A stretch of DNA of 64,000 nt from contig CBDBMJ010000003.1 in NCBI GenBank assembly GCA_965207455.1, positions 384,001-448,000 on the forward strand, given 5' to 3'. Of the stretch, positions 40,883 to 50,709 are shown one piece after another. The stretch is from Bdellovibrionota bacterium. Its GTDB lineage: Bacteria > Bdellovibrionota > UBA1018 > CAIPTA01 > JAALKR01. The position numbers and the translations under genes are program-made. The notes under the pieces were generated by a model. That model worked only from the letters and a program-made list of their open reading frames with translations, ran no database searches and was not told where the DNA came from. Positions within the stretch are counted from its first letter, which is position 1; the number at the start of each line of letters is the position of its first letter.

Positions 40883-41779
40883 ATGGAAAAGCCAGAAGCC
40901 TATAATTTTATTGAAACAGACGAGTCGAAGTATCGCTTCCTCGTGGTGGATGATGAACCGGATATGCTGGAACTAATAGCAGGTATGCTTAAGGAGCGCT
41001 ATAAAAAAGCTCAAGTTTTCACTGCTGAGGACGGCCTGCAGGCTATTATGAAATTCAAAAATAGCCCGCCTACAGTGTTAATCACAGACCTTTCCATCCC
41101 TAAACTCTCTGGCGACGAGTTGCTTACTAATATTTTAGCACAATACCATGGGGATAATTTATCCATTGTGGTGGTCTCTGGCCTATCCAGAGAAAACCGT
41201 AATATTAGCGAAATCCTCAACGGCCATTTTCGATTTCTCTCCAAGCCTTTTCGTGAGGCAGAGTTTTTGAAAATTATTGATACAGCCATAAAACAACCCC
41301 CACCCATACAAAATAAATTTAAATTGGATGCGGTTTTTCTAATGCCGTTTATACTCGGTCCCATGAAATATTCTAAGAAAGGACTTGAAGAATCGTTAGA
41401 AAAAGAACCGCCCTTTATAGCAAAAGATAATCATATTAGCGGAGATCTTAGCTTTAGTTCCACATTTACCACCAAAGACTTTCAAGGTTTTTTAAGTATT
41501 TGTTTTACAAAAGATTCTTGCCTATATATTCAAAAAAAACAAAACAACGGGGGAGAAGAAATAAATCAAAAAATCATCCAAAACCTGACAGATGATATTT
41601 TTCTATACATTGCGGATGAATTATTAGCGGTTGGCTTTATCGTAAAATTTGAGCATAAAACAAATTGTATTAACAAACCTCAACACCGGGCAATGCCGGC
41701 GCTTCCAGGCAATACTATTGTACTGCCTCTATGTAGTGATCATTGGAGACTACAGCTGGAACTCACCGTTAATTATTAA
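40883..41779 (+). CDS. Response regulator receiver fused to a CheX-like domain
   Basis: LVVDDE, ITDLSIP and SKPF. C-terminal FLMPFI..ISGDLS..FQGFLSICF resembles CheX. Confidence 0.75.
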   Translation: MEKPEAYNFIETDESKYRFLVVDDEPDMLELIAGMLKERYKKAQVFTAEDGLQAIMKFKNSPPTVLITDLSIPKLSGDELLTNILAQYHGDNLSIVVVSGLSRENRNISEILNGHFRFLSKPFREAEFLKIIDTAIKQPPPIQNKFKLDAVFLMPFILGPMKYSKKGLEESLEKEPPFIAKDNHISGDLSFSSTFTTKDFQGFLSICFTKDSCLYIQKKQNNGGEEINQKIIQNLTDDIFLYIADELLAVGFIVKFEHKTNCINKPQHRAMPALPGNTIVLPLCSDHWRLQLELTVNY

Positions 41780-41846
41780 AAGCTCCATGGCACCAAACGA
41801 TAGACAAGAATATCATTCTCCACTATCATAGTATCAGAGGTACATA

Positions 41847-42662
41847 TTGGCAATTAAGAAAATACAAGACAGGGGCATTATTTTAAAATCCCGACGCCAC
41901 AAGGAGCGCGATCGTTTAGTCTCTATCCTAAGCGAGCATCATGGCAAAATCACAGGAATTGCCAAGGGAGCCATTCACTCAAAACGCTTTGCTGGAAGCT
42001 TTGATCTCTGTGCCTGCATTGACTTTTCATTTGTGGAAAAACAAGGGCAAGAATTAACCTTTATAGATAGCGCTTCAGTAAAACATGGATTTATGGGCGT
42101 ACAAAGTAGCTTGGAAAACATAGGAGCCGCCTTCTATTTTCTCGATCTCTGTAATCACCTCACCCAAGATAAGTTGCCAGTAAGAAATATATTTATCCTA
42201 TTGAGCCATTATTTATATCTATTAGAAAAAACTCAGATAAACTACGCCCTGCTTCGCTCCTTTGAAATAAAATTACTGGAGCGCCTAGGATATTCCCCCA
42301 TATTCCATCAATGCGTGGTATCGGGAGAGAAAATTTCATGGGATACCCATGAACAGCTTTTTTCCATTGATAAGGGCGGCACTGTTTCTAGAACACACGC
42401 CTCACCCATGAATATAACCATCTCCAGAGAACTGGTTTCTTGGGTACAAGAGGTACTAAACACACCCATCTTGGAATTACCTAAATTGCAGACGATTCCC
42501 CATAGCACCATTGAGGATGTGGGTTTATTTTTAAAAAAATTTTTATCCTTCCATTGTCCTGGTTTTCGTACCTATACGCTGCCGTCTCAGACTTTTGTGG
42601 AATCCTTGCTAGAAGATTCTAGGGCCCAGTCCACTGCAGCCCTCAAGTCATCAGCAATATAG
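41847..42662 (+). CDS. recO: DNA repair protein RecO
   Basis: DRGIILK..ERDRLVSILSEHHGKITGIAKGA..SKRF and FEIKLLERLGYSP..C. Confidence 0.93.
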   Translation: MAIKKIQDRGIILKSRRHKERDRLVSILSEHHGKITGIAKGAIHSKRFAGSFDLCACIDFSFVEKQGQELTFIDSASVKHGFMGVQSSLENIGAAFYFLDLCNHLTQDKLPVRNIFILLSHYLYLLEKTQINYALLRSFEIKLLERLGYSPIFHQCVVSGEKISWDTHEQLFSIDKGGTVSRTHASPMNITISRELVSWVQEVLNTPILELPKLQTIPHSTIEDVGLFLKKFLSFHCPGFRTYTLPSQTFVESLLEDSRAQSTAALKSSAI

Positions 42663-43168
42663 TGGGGCTGTCTGTTATGAAACTTTTTTTCGGTACAAAA
42701 ACGCCACTCTGAATCCTTGCCCTTGCCCGTGCGAACCAGTATGGAGGTGGCCCCTATATTTAAACCTGCCTCCACATCGGATAGCTTATCTCCAATAAAA
42801 AAGGATTTCTTGAGATCTATACCCTGTGCCTTAGCAATATTTTCCATGAGCTTTGTCTTGGGCTTTCTACACTCACAATTTTCATCTTCATGGTGAGGGC
42901 AAATAAGAAAATCGTCAATGGAAGTTTGCGCTTTTTGAAGCAGAAGATTATTTAAACGTCTATTAATAAGAGGAAGTGCATCGGGAGAAATCAATCCTCG
43001 AGCAATTCCCGATTGATTGGTCACTACAAAAACTTTGTAGCCATGATCCTTAATACGCTTTATGGCCCGGGCAGCACCTTCGATGAGTTCCATGAGTTCA
43101 GGATTGTTGATATACACCCTGTCGAAATTAATGGTGCCGTCTCTATCGAGAAAAAAAGCACCGTTCAT
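42587..43168 (-). CDS. gmhB: D-glycero-D-manno-heptose-1,7-bisphosphate phosphatase (HAD IIIA)
   Basis: FLDRDGTIN, VTNQSGIARG, CPHH..CECRKP and IGDKLSD. Confidence 0.9.
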   Translation of the reverse strand: MNGAFFLDRDGTINFDRVYINNPELMELIEGAARAIKRIKDHGYKVFVVTNQSGIARGLISPDALPLINRRLNNLLLQKAQTSIDDFLICPHHEDENCECRKPKTKLMENIAKAQGIDLKKSFFIGDKLSDVEAGLNIGATSILVRTGKGKDSEWRFCTEKKFHNRQPHYIADDLRAAVDWALESSSKDSTKV

Positions 43169-44136
43169 TGACGTACATTCCAGTCCCAAGCGCTTTTAAT
43201 AATACTATCTAAACTATGCTTGGGTTTCCAGTTCCATAACTGCAAGGCAAGTCCCGGCGCTGCCACCAGTTTTTCCGGGTCACCAGCCCTGCGTGGTCCT
43301 ATGGGGATTTCTCCACAGTTATCTGTTATTCGTCCAATAGCTTTTATTACTTCCAGCACGCTATAACCCTTGCCAGAACCTAAATTTAAAAGAAGGGAGC
43401 CGCTATTTTTTTGTAAATGCTCCAAGGCCATAATATGGGCACGGGCCAAGTCCTCCACATGGATGAAATCTCGAATACAAGTTCCGTCGGGCGTATTATA
43501 ATCATTGCCAAAAATACAAACCTTACCTTGGTTGCGGTTGCTATAAAGTTGGAGTACTCGTGGAATGAGATGGGTTTCCGGCTCATGGAGTTCCCCTAGC
43601 TCACCCTCTGAATCTGCGCCAGCAGCATTGAAGTAGCGAAGTGCTGCAAAGGGAATCTTATGGGTATGATGGTACTGACTAATAATTTCTTCTACAATTT
43701 TTTTTGTGTGCCCGTAGGGATTCACTGGATTTTGAGGGTGATCTTCCGAAAGCTCTCCCTGGGGTTCTCCATATACGGCACAGGAGGAAGAAAATACTAA
43801 GGGCACCTTCGGTGAAAAGGATACCATTGCATCCAATAAATTCAATGTGCCGCCGATATTGTTTCTATAATATAGCCCAGGGTTTTCCACACTCTCCATC
43901 ACACAGCTAAGGTTAGCAAAATGAAAAACTGCCTCCGGCTGAAAGGTCTGAATACAATCTTGAATTTCCTTAGGCTCAAGAAGACAACCTCGATAGAATT
44001 CCCCATACTGTAATAATTTTTCAAATCCAGTGGAAAGGTTGTCGAAATTTAAAACACTATGACCCAATCGAACCAATTGCTTAGCCACATGACTGCCAAT
44101 ATACCCGGCTCCTCCCACTACCAATACCTTGCTCAT
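43165..44136 (-). CDS. galE: UDP-glucose 4-epimerase
   Basis: GGAGYIGSH, FSSSCAVYG, YGHTK, LRYFNAAGA and DGTCIRDFIHV. Confidence 0.95.
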   Translation of the reverse strand: MSKVLVVGGAGYIGSHVAKQLVRLGHSVLNFDNLSTGFEKLLQYGEFYRGCLLEPKEIQDCIQTFQPEAVFHFANLSCVMESVENPGLYYRNNIGGTLNLLDAMVSFSPKVPLVFSSSCAVYGEPQGELSEDHPQNPVNPYGHTKKIVEEIISQYHHTHKIPFAALRYFNAAGADSEGELGELHEPETHLIPRVLQLYSNRNQGKVCIFGNDYNTPDGTCIRDFIHVEDLARAHIMALEHLQKNSGSLLLNLGSGKGYSVLEVIKAIGRITDNCGEIPIGPRRAGDPEKLVAAPGLALQLWNWKPKHSLDSIIKSAWDWNVRQ

Positions 44137-44357
44137 TTTCCCCCTTTTTTTTGTTTTGCCTGCCTGGGGGCATGTTTGTGCAGGAGCTTTTTTACATCTT
44201 CTCCACAACCGCCGCAGCCCGTGTTTGCGTTTGTCGTCTTACGCACTTCCATAAGAGTGGTGGAACCCTCTTTAATGGCAGTTACAATTTCTTCCCGACT
44301 GACAGAGTAACAAAAACAAACTAGATCCTTTCGTTTTTTTCCTTTTTCATTGCCCAT
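44133..44357 (-). CDS. BFD-like [2Fe-2S]-binding protein
   Basis: VCFCYSVS...ANTGCGGC pattern. Confidence 0.88.
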   Translation of the reverse strand: MGNEKGKKRKDLVCFCYSVSREEIVTAIKEGSTTLMEVRKTTNANTGCGGCGEDVKKLLHKHAPRQAKQKKGGK

Positions 44358-44362
44358 TTTTT

Positions 44363-44983
44363 TCAGTCCAAAATTACGGTATTGCTGAGCTCATTTGTGT
44401 CGTCTTTTCTCGGCGGAAAATGGTTTTCCACAATAGCGCCACACTCCTCAATAGTGGTACACATGGAGGAGACTAAGGTTTTTTTACGAATTCCGTCTAT
44501 CAGTTTATCCAGCACCGCTTGCCAGTCTTCCTGATCTACTTTCGCTTGGATTCCAGTGTCGCAAAGTATTCTTGCTTTCCTTTCTAGGAGTGAAATAAAA
44601 ATCAAAATACCCGTGCGCTCCCTTGTTTTGGAAACTCCATGGGTCCAGAACGCTTCCAAGGCCCGTTGGTACACCTCTTCCTCCTTTTTATATTCAGCCA
44701 AAAAGAATCGCTTTAAAAAAGAAATCTGACTGAGTAGGTAGCCCGCATACAAGCTTGGGAACTGAGAGGTTAAAATCCATAGAGGCTCTAGAGTAGAGAA
44801 AGTGTAAAGGAGAAAGCTGGATAGGAGGGAGAAGGCCACGGCCATTCTCCAGCGCGCGCCGGGATAGTCGTCACTTTCTTGAAGAATGACGGGAACTATT
44901 TCTCCAGCACATTTTTTTTCCACCTGAGCCACACAGTCTTCAATTTGTTTTTTTTCTGCTTCAGAAAGCCTACCAACCGCCAC
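44363..44983 (-). CDS. TPM-domain membrane protein (likely GTG start at 44983)
   Basis: EKKCAGEIV, TRERTGILIFISLLERKA and NELSN; GGAGG before the GTG. Confidence 0.85.
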   Translation of the reverse strand: MAVGRLSEAEKKQIEDCVAQVEKKCAGEIVPVILQESDDYPGARWRMAVAFSLLSSFLLYTFSTLEPLWILTSQFPSLYAGYLLSQISFLKRFFLAEYKKEEEVYQRALEAFWTHGVSKTRERTGILIFISLLERKARILCDTGIQAKVDQEDWQAVLDKLIDGIRKKTLVSSMCTTIEECGAIVENHFPPRKDDTNELSNTVILD

Positions 44984-45722
44984 TAGCACCTCCTCCAGAA
45001 AAACCGCCGCCGCCACCGCCGAAGCCGCCGCCACCAAAACCGCCGCCAAAGCCGCCCCTGCCGCCAAGGCCACCCATGAGTACACTTCCTAAAAGCAAGC
45101 CGTTTACAAGGCCTCCTCTCCTGCCGCGTTTACCGAGAACACGGGGTAAGATGGCAAAAAGCAAAAAGAAAAGGAAGAAAATATTTCCCACCCCTCCACG
45201 ATGGCGACGACCACGAGAGGCGCGCCTGCTTGTTGTGGAAATACCCAAATCACGCCCCAGTTTTTTTGCCACTAATGCTAATCCCATTTGTATGCCTGTG
45301 AAAAACTGCCCTTGCTTAAAGTACGGCTCCATACCCTCTCGAATAATTCGCCCCACGAAAGCGTCGGGAAGATCTCCTTCCAAACCCCCACCCACCTCTA
45401 GGCGTATTTTTCTTTCCTTTACGGCCATAAGAAATAGCACACCGTCGTCCCTTTTTTTATCTCCCAGGGCCCACTTCTCTAAAACCTTTATGGAGTAGCT
45501 TTCCAAATTCTCACCCTCTAAGGACGGAATAATAAGAACACGCACCTGAGGACCCTGGTTTCTTTGTAGGACTTGTAGCTTTGCGCTTAACGTTTGCTTT
45601 TCTGCCCTGGAAAGAAGTTTAGCCTTGTCTACCACAAATCCTGAATTTGTGGGCACGTCCAAAGCAAAAGCTCCGTTGCTAAACAGAGGGAGTAGAAAAC
45701 AAAAAATAAATAGCCTGGGCAT
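44970..45722 (-). CDS. TPM-domain protein (YgcG family) with Gly-rich tail
   Basis: VVDKAKLLS, DDGVLFL, RLEVGGGLEG and terminal GGGFSGGGASGGW. Confidence 0.9.
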   Translation of the reverse strand: MPRLFIFCFLLPLFSNGAFALDVPTNSGFVVDKAKLLSRAEKQTLSAKLQVLQRNQGPQVRVLIIPSLEGENLESYSIKVLEKWALGDKKRDDGVLFLMAVKERKIRLEVGGGLEGDLPDAFVGRIIREGMEPYFKQGQFFTGIQMGLALVAKKLGRDLGISTTSRRASRGRRHRGGVGNIFFLFFLLFAILPRVLGKRGRRGGLVNGLLLGSVLMGGLGGRGGFGGGFGGGGFGGGGGGFSGGGASGGW

Positions 45723-45724
45723 AA

Positions 45725-46333
45725 TTACAGATCTACTTTAGGCGCATCTTTTAGCTTTTCGATATTTTCCACTGCAAACTGAGGCTTCTTTTTAAACTTT
45801 AAAAAAAGAGAGTTGAACCAGGATTCGGGAGGCACGGTGATATAATTATTATAAACTTTTATGGTTTCAATATACCTACGTCGAGCAATGGCCACCCGAT
45901 TTTCCGTTCCTTCCAACTGCACCTGAAGATCCCTGAAATTTTGATTGGCCTTAAGGTCTGGATACTTTTCCACCACTACCATTAAACGGGATAAAGCACT
46001 GGAGAGAGCGCCCTGGGCTTGTTGCACACGTTGCAGAGAATTTGCATCGAGCTTGTTAAAATTCACCGATGTTTGAGTAGCTTTTGCTCGAGCCTCCACC
46101 ACAGCCTGTAGGGTGTCCTTTTCATGTTTTGCATACGCTTTTACTGTTCTCACAAGATTGGGTATTAAATCTATACGACGCTTATACTGGTTTTGTACCT
46201 CTGCCCAAGAAGCCTCCACTTCGTTATGGGACGTGGGAATACTACGCATGCCACACCCAGAGAGCAAAAGAGTTAGGGTAACGGTTAGGACAAGAAATAA
46301 AGTTCGTACAGGATAGAAAAACAATTGAATCAT
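45725..46333 (-). CDS. lemA: LemA family protein
   Basis: WAEVQNQYKRRIDLIPNLV, YPDLKANQNF and EGTENRVAIARRRY. Confidence 0.95.
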   Translation of the reverse strand: MIQLFFYPVRTLFLVLTVTLTLLLSGCGMRSIPTSHNEVEASWAEVQNQYKRRIDLIPNLVRTVKAYAKHEKDTLQAVVEARAKATQTSVNFNKLDANSLQRVQQAQGALSSALSRLMVVVEKYPDLKANQNFRDLQVQLEGTENRVAIARRRYIETIKVYNNYITVPPESWFNSLFLKFKKKPQFAVENIEKLKDAPKVDL

Positions 46334-46388
46334 AAGATTTGGTTTAACAAGAAATAGACGGGGAAACAAGTCATTAAGCCCAATAGAT

Positions 46389-48119
46389 TCAAACATTTTC
46401 TTGCAACGATAGGGAGCGAGCGTATGCGCCATTTTTCTTTACAAGTTCAGTGTGCTTTCCCTGCTCCAGCACCCTTCCATCTTCGATAACCACAATGTGA
46501 TCTGCCTTACGGATGGTGGAAAGACGATGAGCCACGACTAGTGCGGTGCGCCCTTTGAGGAGTTGGTCAATTCCCGACTGTACCAGTTGTTCGTTTTCCG
46601 TATCCAGAGCAGAAGTGGCTTCATCCAGAAGAAGCACAGGAGTGTTTTTTAAAAACGCCCGGGCAATGGATAGGCGCTGGCACTCTCCCACAGAAAGCTT
46701 TTGTCCCCGATCTCCAATTTGAGTATTGAGCTGATTGGGCAAGCGCTCAATAAATTTCCACGCTTGGGCAGCCTTGCTGGCATCGATAATTTCACTTTCC
46801 ATACTTTGGAAATTACCGGCACGGATATTATTGCGAATGGAATCATGAAAGAGAAAAATGTCTTGGGTTACGATGGACATCTGATCCCTTACACTGGAAA
46901 TTTTATATTTTCGAATGTCCACACCATCAATGGTAATAGCACCAGCGTCTGGGTCGAAAAAACGGGGAATTAAACTCAATATAGTTGTTTTTCCCGATCC
47001 ACTGGGTCCCACCAGAGCCACCATCTCACCCTTATTAATGGTGAGGTTAAAGTCCTTGAGTATACTCTGACCATTGTTATAACTAAAGGAAACATTTCGA
47101 AATTCAATGGCTGTTTTTATTCTAGGTACTTCAAGGGCGCCAGTCATGTCCACAATGTCTGGATCCTCGTCAAATACCCGAAAAATTCTTTCTGCCGAGG
47201 CTAAACTCTGGTTGAGCTTTATATTTAATTCCCCAAAGTTTCGCATATTGCTGGCTAAAATAACTAAGGAAGCAAGAACAGCCACAACCACACCTGGGCT
47301 TGTTCCCCCATGAATCACAGCGTAACCACCATAAGATAGAACAATAACGGAGCCTGCGCCCGCAATTACTTCCATGCCCGGTCTTGCCAGTTCCTCTAAG
47401 CGAGTTGTTTTTATAATTCGACGACTCAATTCCCGATTGCGAACCATGAACTGACTTCGCATAAAATTTTCCAGATTAAATCCCTTAATCACACGCATGC
47501 CAGTAACAGTTTCCAACAATATCGAGGACAAATCGGCTAGAGACTCCTGCACTTTCAAAGCATAGCGCTTCACACGCTTACCCGCAAAACCCAAAAGAGC
47601 TCCCACGAGAGGAAGAATCGCCATGGATAGGAGGGCAAGCTTCCAGTTTAAAATAAAAATATAGGTTAGGGTAAAGGTGAAAATGAGCGGCTCACAGATC
47701 AACTTACTAAGGCTCGCAATCCCAACATTTAATTCGTTCACATCTAGAATTACACGAGAAAGGAGCGTTCCTCCCCGGGCTTCACTAAAATAACCAAGAG
47801 ATAGGCGCATAATGTGCTGGTAAAGGTTATTGCGTAGTCTTTGAATAATGCGAACTGCGGTGGCTCGCATAATATAATTATGAAGAAAGCGAACAAAAAA
47901 ACTAACAATCAAAATAGATAAAAATGCTAAAGGCATCCAAGAAAGGGCGTCTTGGTTTTTATTTATTAAAATTTCATCCACAAAATATTCAAACCCCTTT
48001 ACTAGACTCACCCGCAGGGCTGCAATGGGAACCGCTAGGATACTCACCAGCAAAATTGCGGGCCAATGGGGCTTGATGTATGGAAGTAATCGAAGGAGCG
48101 TATTTCGATTTTTTAACAT
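46389..48119 (-). CDS. msbA: MsbA-like ABC exporter (TMD+NBD)
   Basis: Multi-TM domain, GPSGSGKT, LSVGECQR (variant signature), LLLDEATSALD and VAHRLST; LPS-related neighbours. Confidence 0.7.
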   Translation of the reverse strand: MLKNRNTLLRLLPYIKPHWPAILLVSILAVPIAALRVSLVKGFEYFVDEILINKNQDALSWMPLAFLSILIVSFFVRFLHNYIMRATAVRIIQRLRNNLYQHIMRLSLGYFSEARGGTLLSRVILDVNELNVGIASLSKLICEPLIFTFTLTYIFILNWKLALLSMAILPLVGALLGFAGKRVKRYALKVQESLADLSSILLETVTGMRVIKGFNLENFMRSQFMVRNRELSRRIIKTTRLEELARPGMEVIAGAGSVIVLSYGGYAVIHGGTSPGVVVAVLASLVILASNMRNFGELNIKLNQSLASAERIFRVFDEDPDIVDMTGALEVPRIKTAIEFRNVSFSYNNGQSILKDFNLTINKGEMVALVGPSGSGKTTILSLIPRFFDPDAGAITIDGVDIRKYKISSVRDQMSIVTQDIFLFHDSIRNNIRAGNFQSMESEIIDASKAAQAWKFIERLPNQLNTQIGDRGQKLSVGECQRLSIARAFLKNTPVLLLDEATSALDTENEQLVQSGIDQLLKGRTALVVAHRLSTIRKADHIVVIEDGRVLEQGKHTELVKKNGAYARSLSLQENV

Positions 48120-48131
48120 GTGCTGGAACCC

Positions 48132-49070
48132 TTACTTTTGGGAAAGACTCTCGGACACAATACGGTACTTGTCGTTGCGTAATTGCAGGTAGAGTGTCTT
48201 CCTTCCCCTTACCTCGAAGGCTGTTTTACCATCAGGACGAGTGGATCGGTAGTACTGATTGAAGGTGACAAGATCATATTTCTCATGAAAATAAAATTTC
48301 ACATTCTCCATCCCCACCTCAATGGTCTGATAGAGCTTATTGAGGTTCTTCTTTTTCCGGTAGTACTGAATCCGATTGAGACCGTCATAGATGAACTCGT
48401 AGGCGTATGAGTCGATATATCGCTCTAAATCCTTGGAGGACCAGGCAGTCGACCATCGCTGTATAAAGTCTTTTAGTCGCTTTTGACGCGGACTATTAAT
48501 CACATGCTCTATGTTTTCCGTAACGATAACAAGGGTTTTTTTAGTTTGCACATAAGGCCATATACTCTCTATTTGCTCATTGCTTAACACTACGCATCCT
48601 TTGCTGTCGTATTTTTTTTGGAGACGTGCCGGATCATTGGTGCCATGAATCAAGATATCGAACCCTGTTTTATGCCCCCGCCTATCCAATACGTTCGGAT
48701 AGCCCAAATACAGCGCCATGGATCCAAACTTTGGTTTTAATCCCGTGGACGGCAACGATCGAAACTTTATGAGATAAATGCCATTGGGAGTTTTTAAATC
48801 CCCCTCTACGAGCTTATCCCCCTGGACTTGTCCAAGGGTGGTGGGAAATGTTTTAAATGAAGTGAGGCTTAGGCCGTCCTTGCTGTGACGGGTGAGGTGG
48901 AGTTGGTTGGTTTTTTTATCCACTACGATGATGACCTCTTCTGGCTGTTTTCCCGGCTGTTTCTTTGGCTTTTCTGTTGGCTTATCTTTTGTCGCATAAA
49001 TGGGATCAGCAGGGAGTGCCACAAGGATGAGGAAAAAGAGAAAAAATATGAATCGAGTTATCACTACCAC
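48132..49070 (-). CDS. YkuD-family L,D-transpeptidase/carboxypeptidase with C-terminal NTF2-like domain
   Basis: GDLKTPNGIY, LGYPN..D and ILIHG..SKGCV. C-terminal WSTAWSSKDLERYIDSY..VTFNQYYRS..KTLYL. Confidence 0.88.
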   Translation of the reverse strand: MVVITRFIFFLFFLILVALPADPIYATKDKPTEKPKKQPGKQPEEVIIVVDKKTNQLHLTRHSKDGLSLTSFKTFPTTLGQVQGDKLVEGDLKTPNGIYLIKFRSLPSTGLKPKFGSMALYLGYPNVLDRRGHKTGFDILIHGTNDPARLQKKYDSKGCVVLSNEQIESIWPYVQTKKTLVIVTENIEHVINSPRQKRLKDFIQRWSTAWSSKDLERYIDSYAYEFIYDGLNRIQYYRKKKNLNKLYQTIEVGMENVKFYFHEKYDLVTFNQYYRSTRPDGKTAFEVRGRKTLYLQLRNDKYRIVSESLSQK

Positions 49071-49144
49071 TTAGATTAAGAACCTTATTTTATTTTGTCA
49101 ATATAATGGAAAGGAGTATACAAAGAGAGTGGAAAGGAATTTTT

Positions 49145-50032
49145 ATGCCTGCACCAATACGGATCAGTGGATTTACATTTATACGCAACGGGCAAAAATT
49201 TTACTATCCCTTTGAAGAGTGTATCCGCTCCATGGCACCTGTATGCGACGAAATAATCGTAAACGTGGGAAAAGGGGAGGATCAAACCCTAGAGGTGGTG
49301 CAGAAACTCTCTCAGGAAATACCAAAAATTCGAATTATAGAAAATACCTGGGACGAAAGCCTACGGGAAGGTGGTAGGGCACTTGCCCACCAAACGGATC
49401 TGGCCCTAGCCCAGTGTCGGGGAAAATGGGGCCTTTACCTCCAGGCCGACGAAGTTCTCCATGAGGACGATCTGTCCAAAATACAACAATCCACACGGGA
49501 GGCAGAGAAACAGGATCATATCGACGGGTTACTTTTCAATTACCTGCACTTTTATGGTCACTACTCCATACTGAACCAGAGTCCGTCGAATTACCGAAGA
49601 GAGGTGCGACTGGTGCGTCTCGATCGAAAAGTATTTTCTTACCGGGATGCCCAAGGTTTTCGTATCGACGACGGATCTCCCAAGGGGAGAAAGCTGCGAG
49701 TCCGATGGGCAAATGCCAGGATTTTCCATTACGGTTGGGTGCGACCCCCTCGAATTATGAAAGAAAAAACACTGGCCATTCGCAATTACCACCAAGAGGC
49801 CAACGATACGGGAGATAGCTATACCTACCGTAATGTCTACGGTTTGAAACTCTATGATGGTTCCCATCCTAAGTGCATGGAGAAACGTATCGGTGCCAGA
49901 GCTGGGGAAAAGGTAACCCTAACGTTACAACGAAGATTTTCTTTGAAAGATATGGGGAAAATAATTCGTAGCTATTGTGTGAAGCTCACGGGTTGGCTTC
50001 CCTTTGAATACCGCAACTATCGCTTGGACTAA
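49145..50032 (+). CDS. Glycosyltransferase family 2
   Basis: ISGFTFIRNG, YPFEECIRS, YLQADEV and IFHYGWVR. Confidence 0.88.
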   Translation: MPAPIRISGFTFIRNGQKFYYPFEECIRSMAPVCDEIIVNVGKGEDQTLEVVQKLSQEIPKIRIIENTWDESLREGGRALAHQTDLALAQCRGKWGLYLQADEVLHEDDLSKIQQSTREAEKQDHIDGLLFNYLHFYGHYSILNQSPSNYRREVRLVRLDRKVFSYRDAQGFRIDDGSPKGRKLRVRWANARIFHYGWVRPPRIMKEKTLAIRNYHQEANDTGDSYTYRNVYGLKLYDGSHPKCMEKRIGARAGEKVTLTLQRRFSLKDMGKIIRSYCVKLTGWLPFEYRNYRLD

Positions 50033-50709
50033 TGGGAATGGCGACTTTTTAGAACCTGGTGCTGGGTCTGCTGCTTTAGGTATTCGTAGGATTGGCATCC
50101 TTCGGCAACAAGAAGAACCGTAAGCCCAAGGGCGTCGCCCACCTCCCCATCATGGTCCGTGTCTCCAACAAAAATTGTTTTTTCAGGAGGAAAACCAGAG
50201 GTGGCTAACAGTTCTTTTCCCCGGGCGAGCTTACTTTTTGTGTATTTTTCCGGGCTGCCAAAGATATGTTGAAAGTATTCCTGTATTTGAAATTGAGGCA
50301 ATATATAATCTAGGTGCGCTTGTTCTGCTAGAGATAGGATGGCTTGCTTGGAACCCAGGTCATGGATTGTTTTTAGTAGCGCCTTTGTGCCAGCAAAGAG
50401 TCCCGTCTCCGCAATGCGTTTTTCATATTTTATTAAAAAATCGTCGGAAAGGGTGGAAAAGGAAATTTTAGAGAAGTCAAAACCCAAGCGCTCATAGTAC
50501 GCAGAGACGGGAAAACAAAACTTATTGCGACAATCCTCTGGCGTGGGAACAGGGAGGCTGTGCTGCTCCAGTTGCGCCTTTAGTACTGAAAAAATAAGAG
50601 AGAAGTCATCTAAAAGGGTGCCGTTCCAATCCCATATAATATATTCAAAAGATTGTATTTTTGCTAATAATTCTTGGGGAATTTGATCCTTATTGCTATG
50701 GGTTTGCAT
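50029..50709 (-). CDS. HAD-family hydrolase (phosphoglycolate phosphatase-like)
   Basis: IIWDWNGTLLDD and FVGDTDHD. Confidence 0.88.
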   Translation of the reverse strand: MQTHSNKDQIPQELLAKIQSFEYIIWDWNGTLLDDFSLIFSVLKAQLEQHSLPVPTPEDCRNKFCFPVSAYYERLGFDFSKISFSTLSDDFLIKYEKRIAETGLFAGTKALLKTIHDLGSKQAILSLAEQAHLDYILPQFQIQEYFQHIFGSPEKYTKSKLARGKELLATSGFPPEKTIFVGDTDHDGEVGDALGLTVLLVAEGCQSYEYLKQQTQHQVLKSRHSH

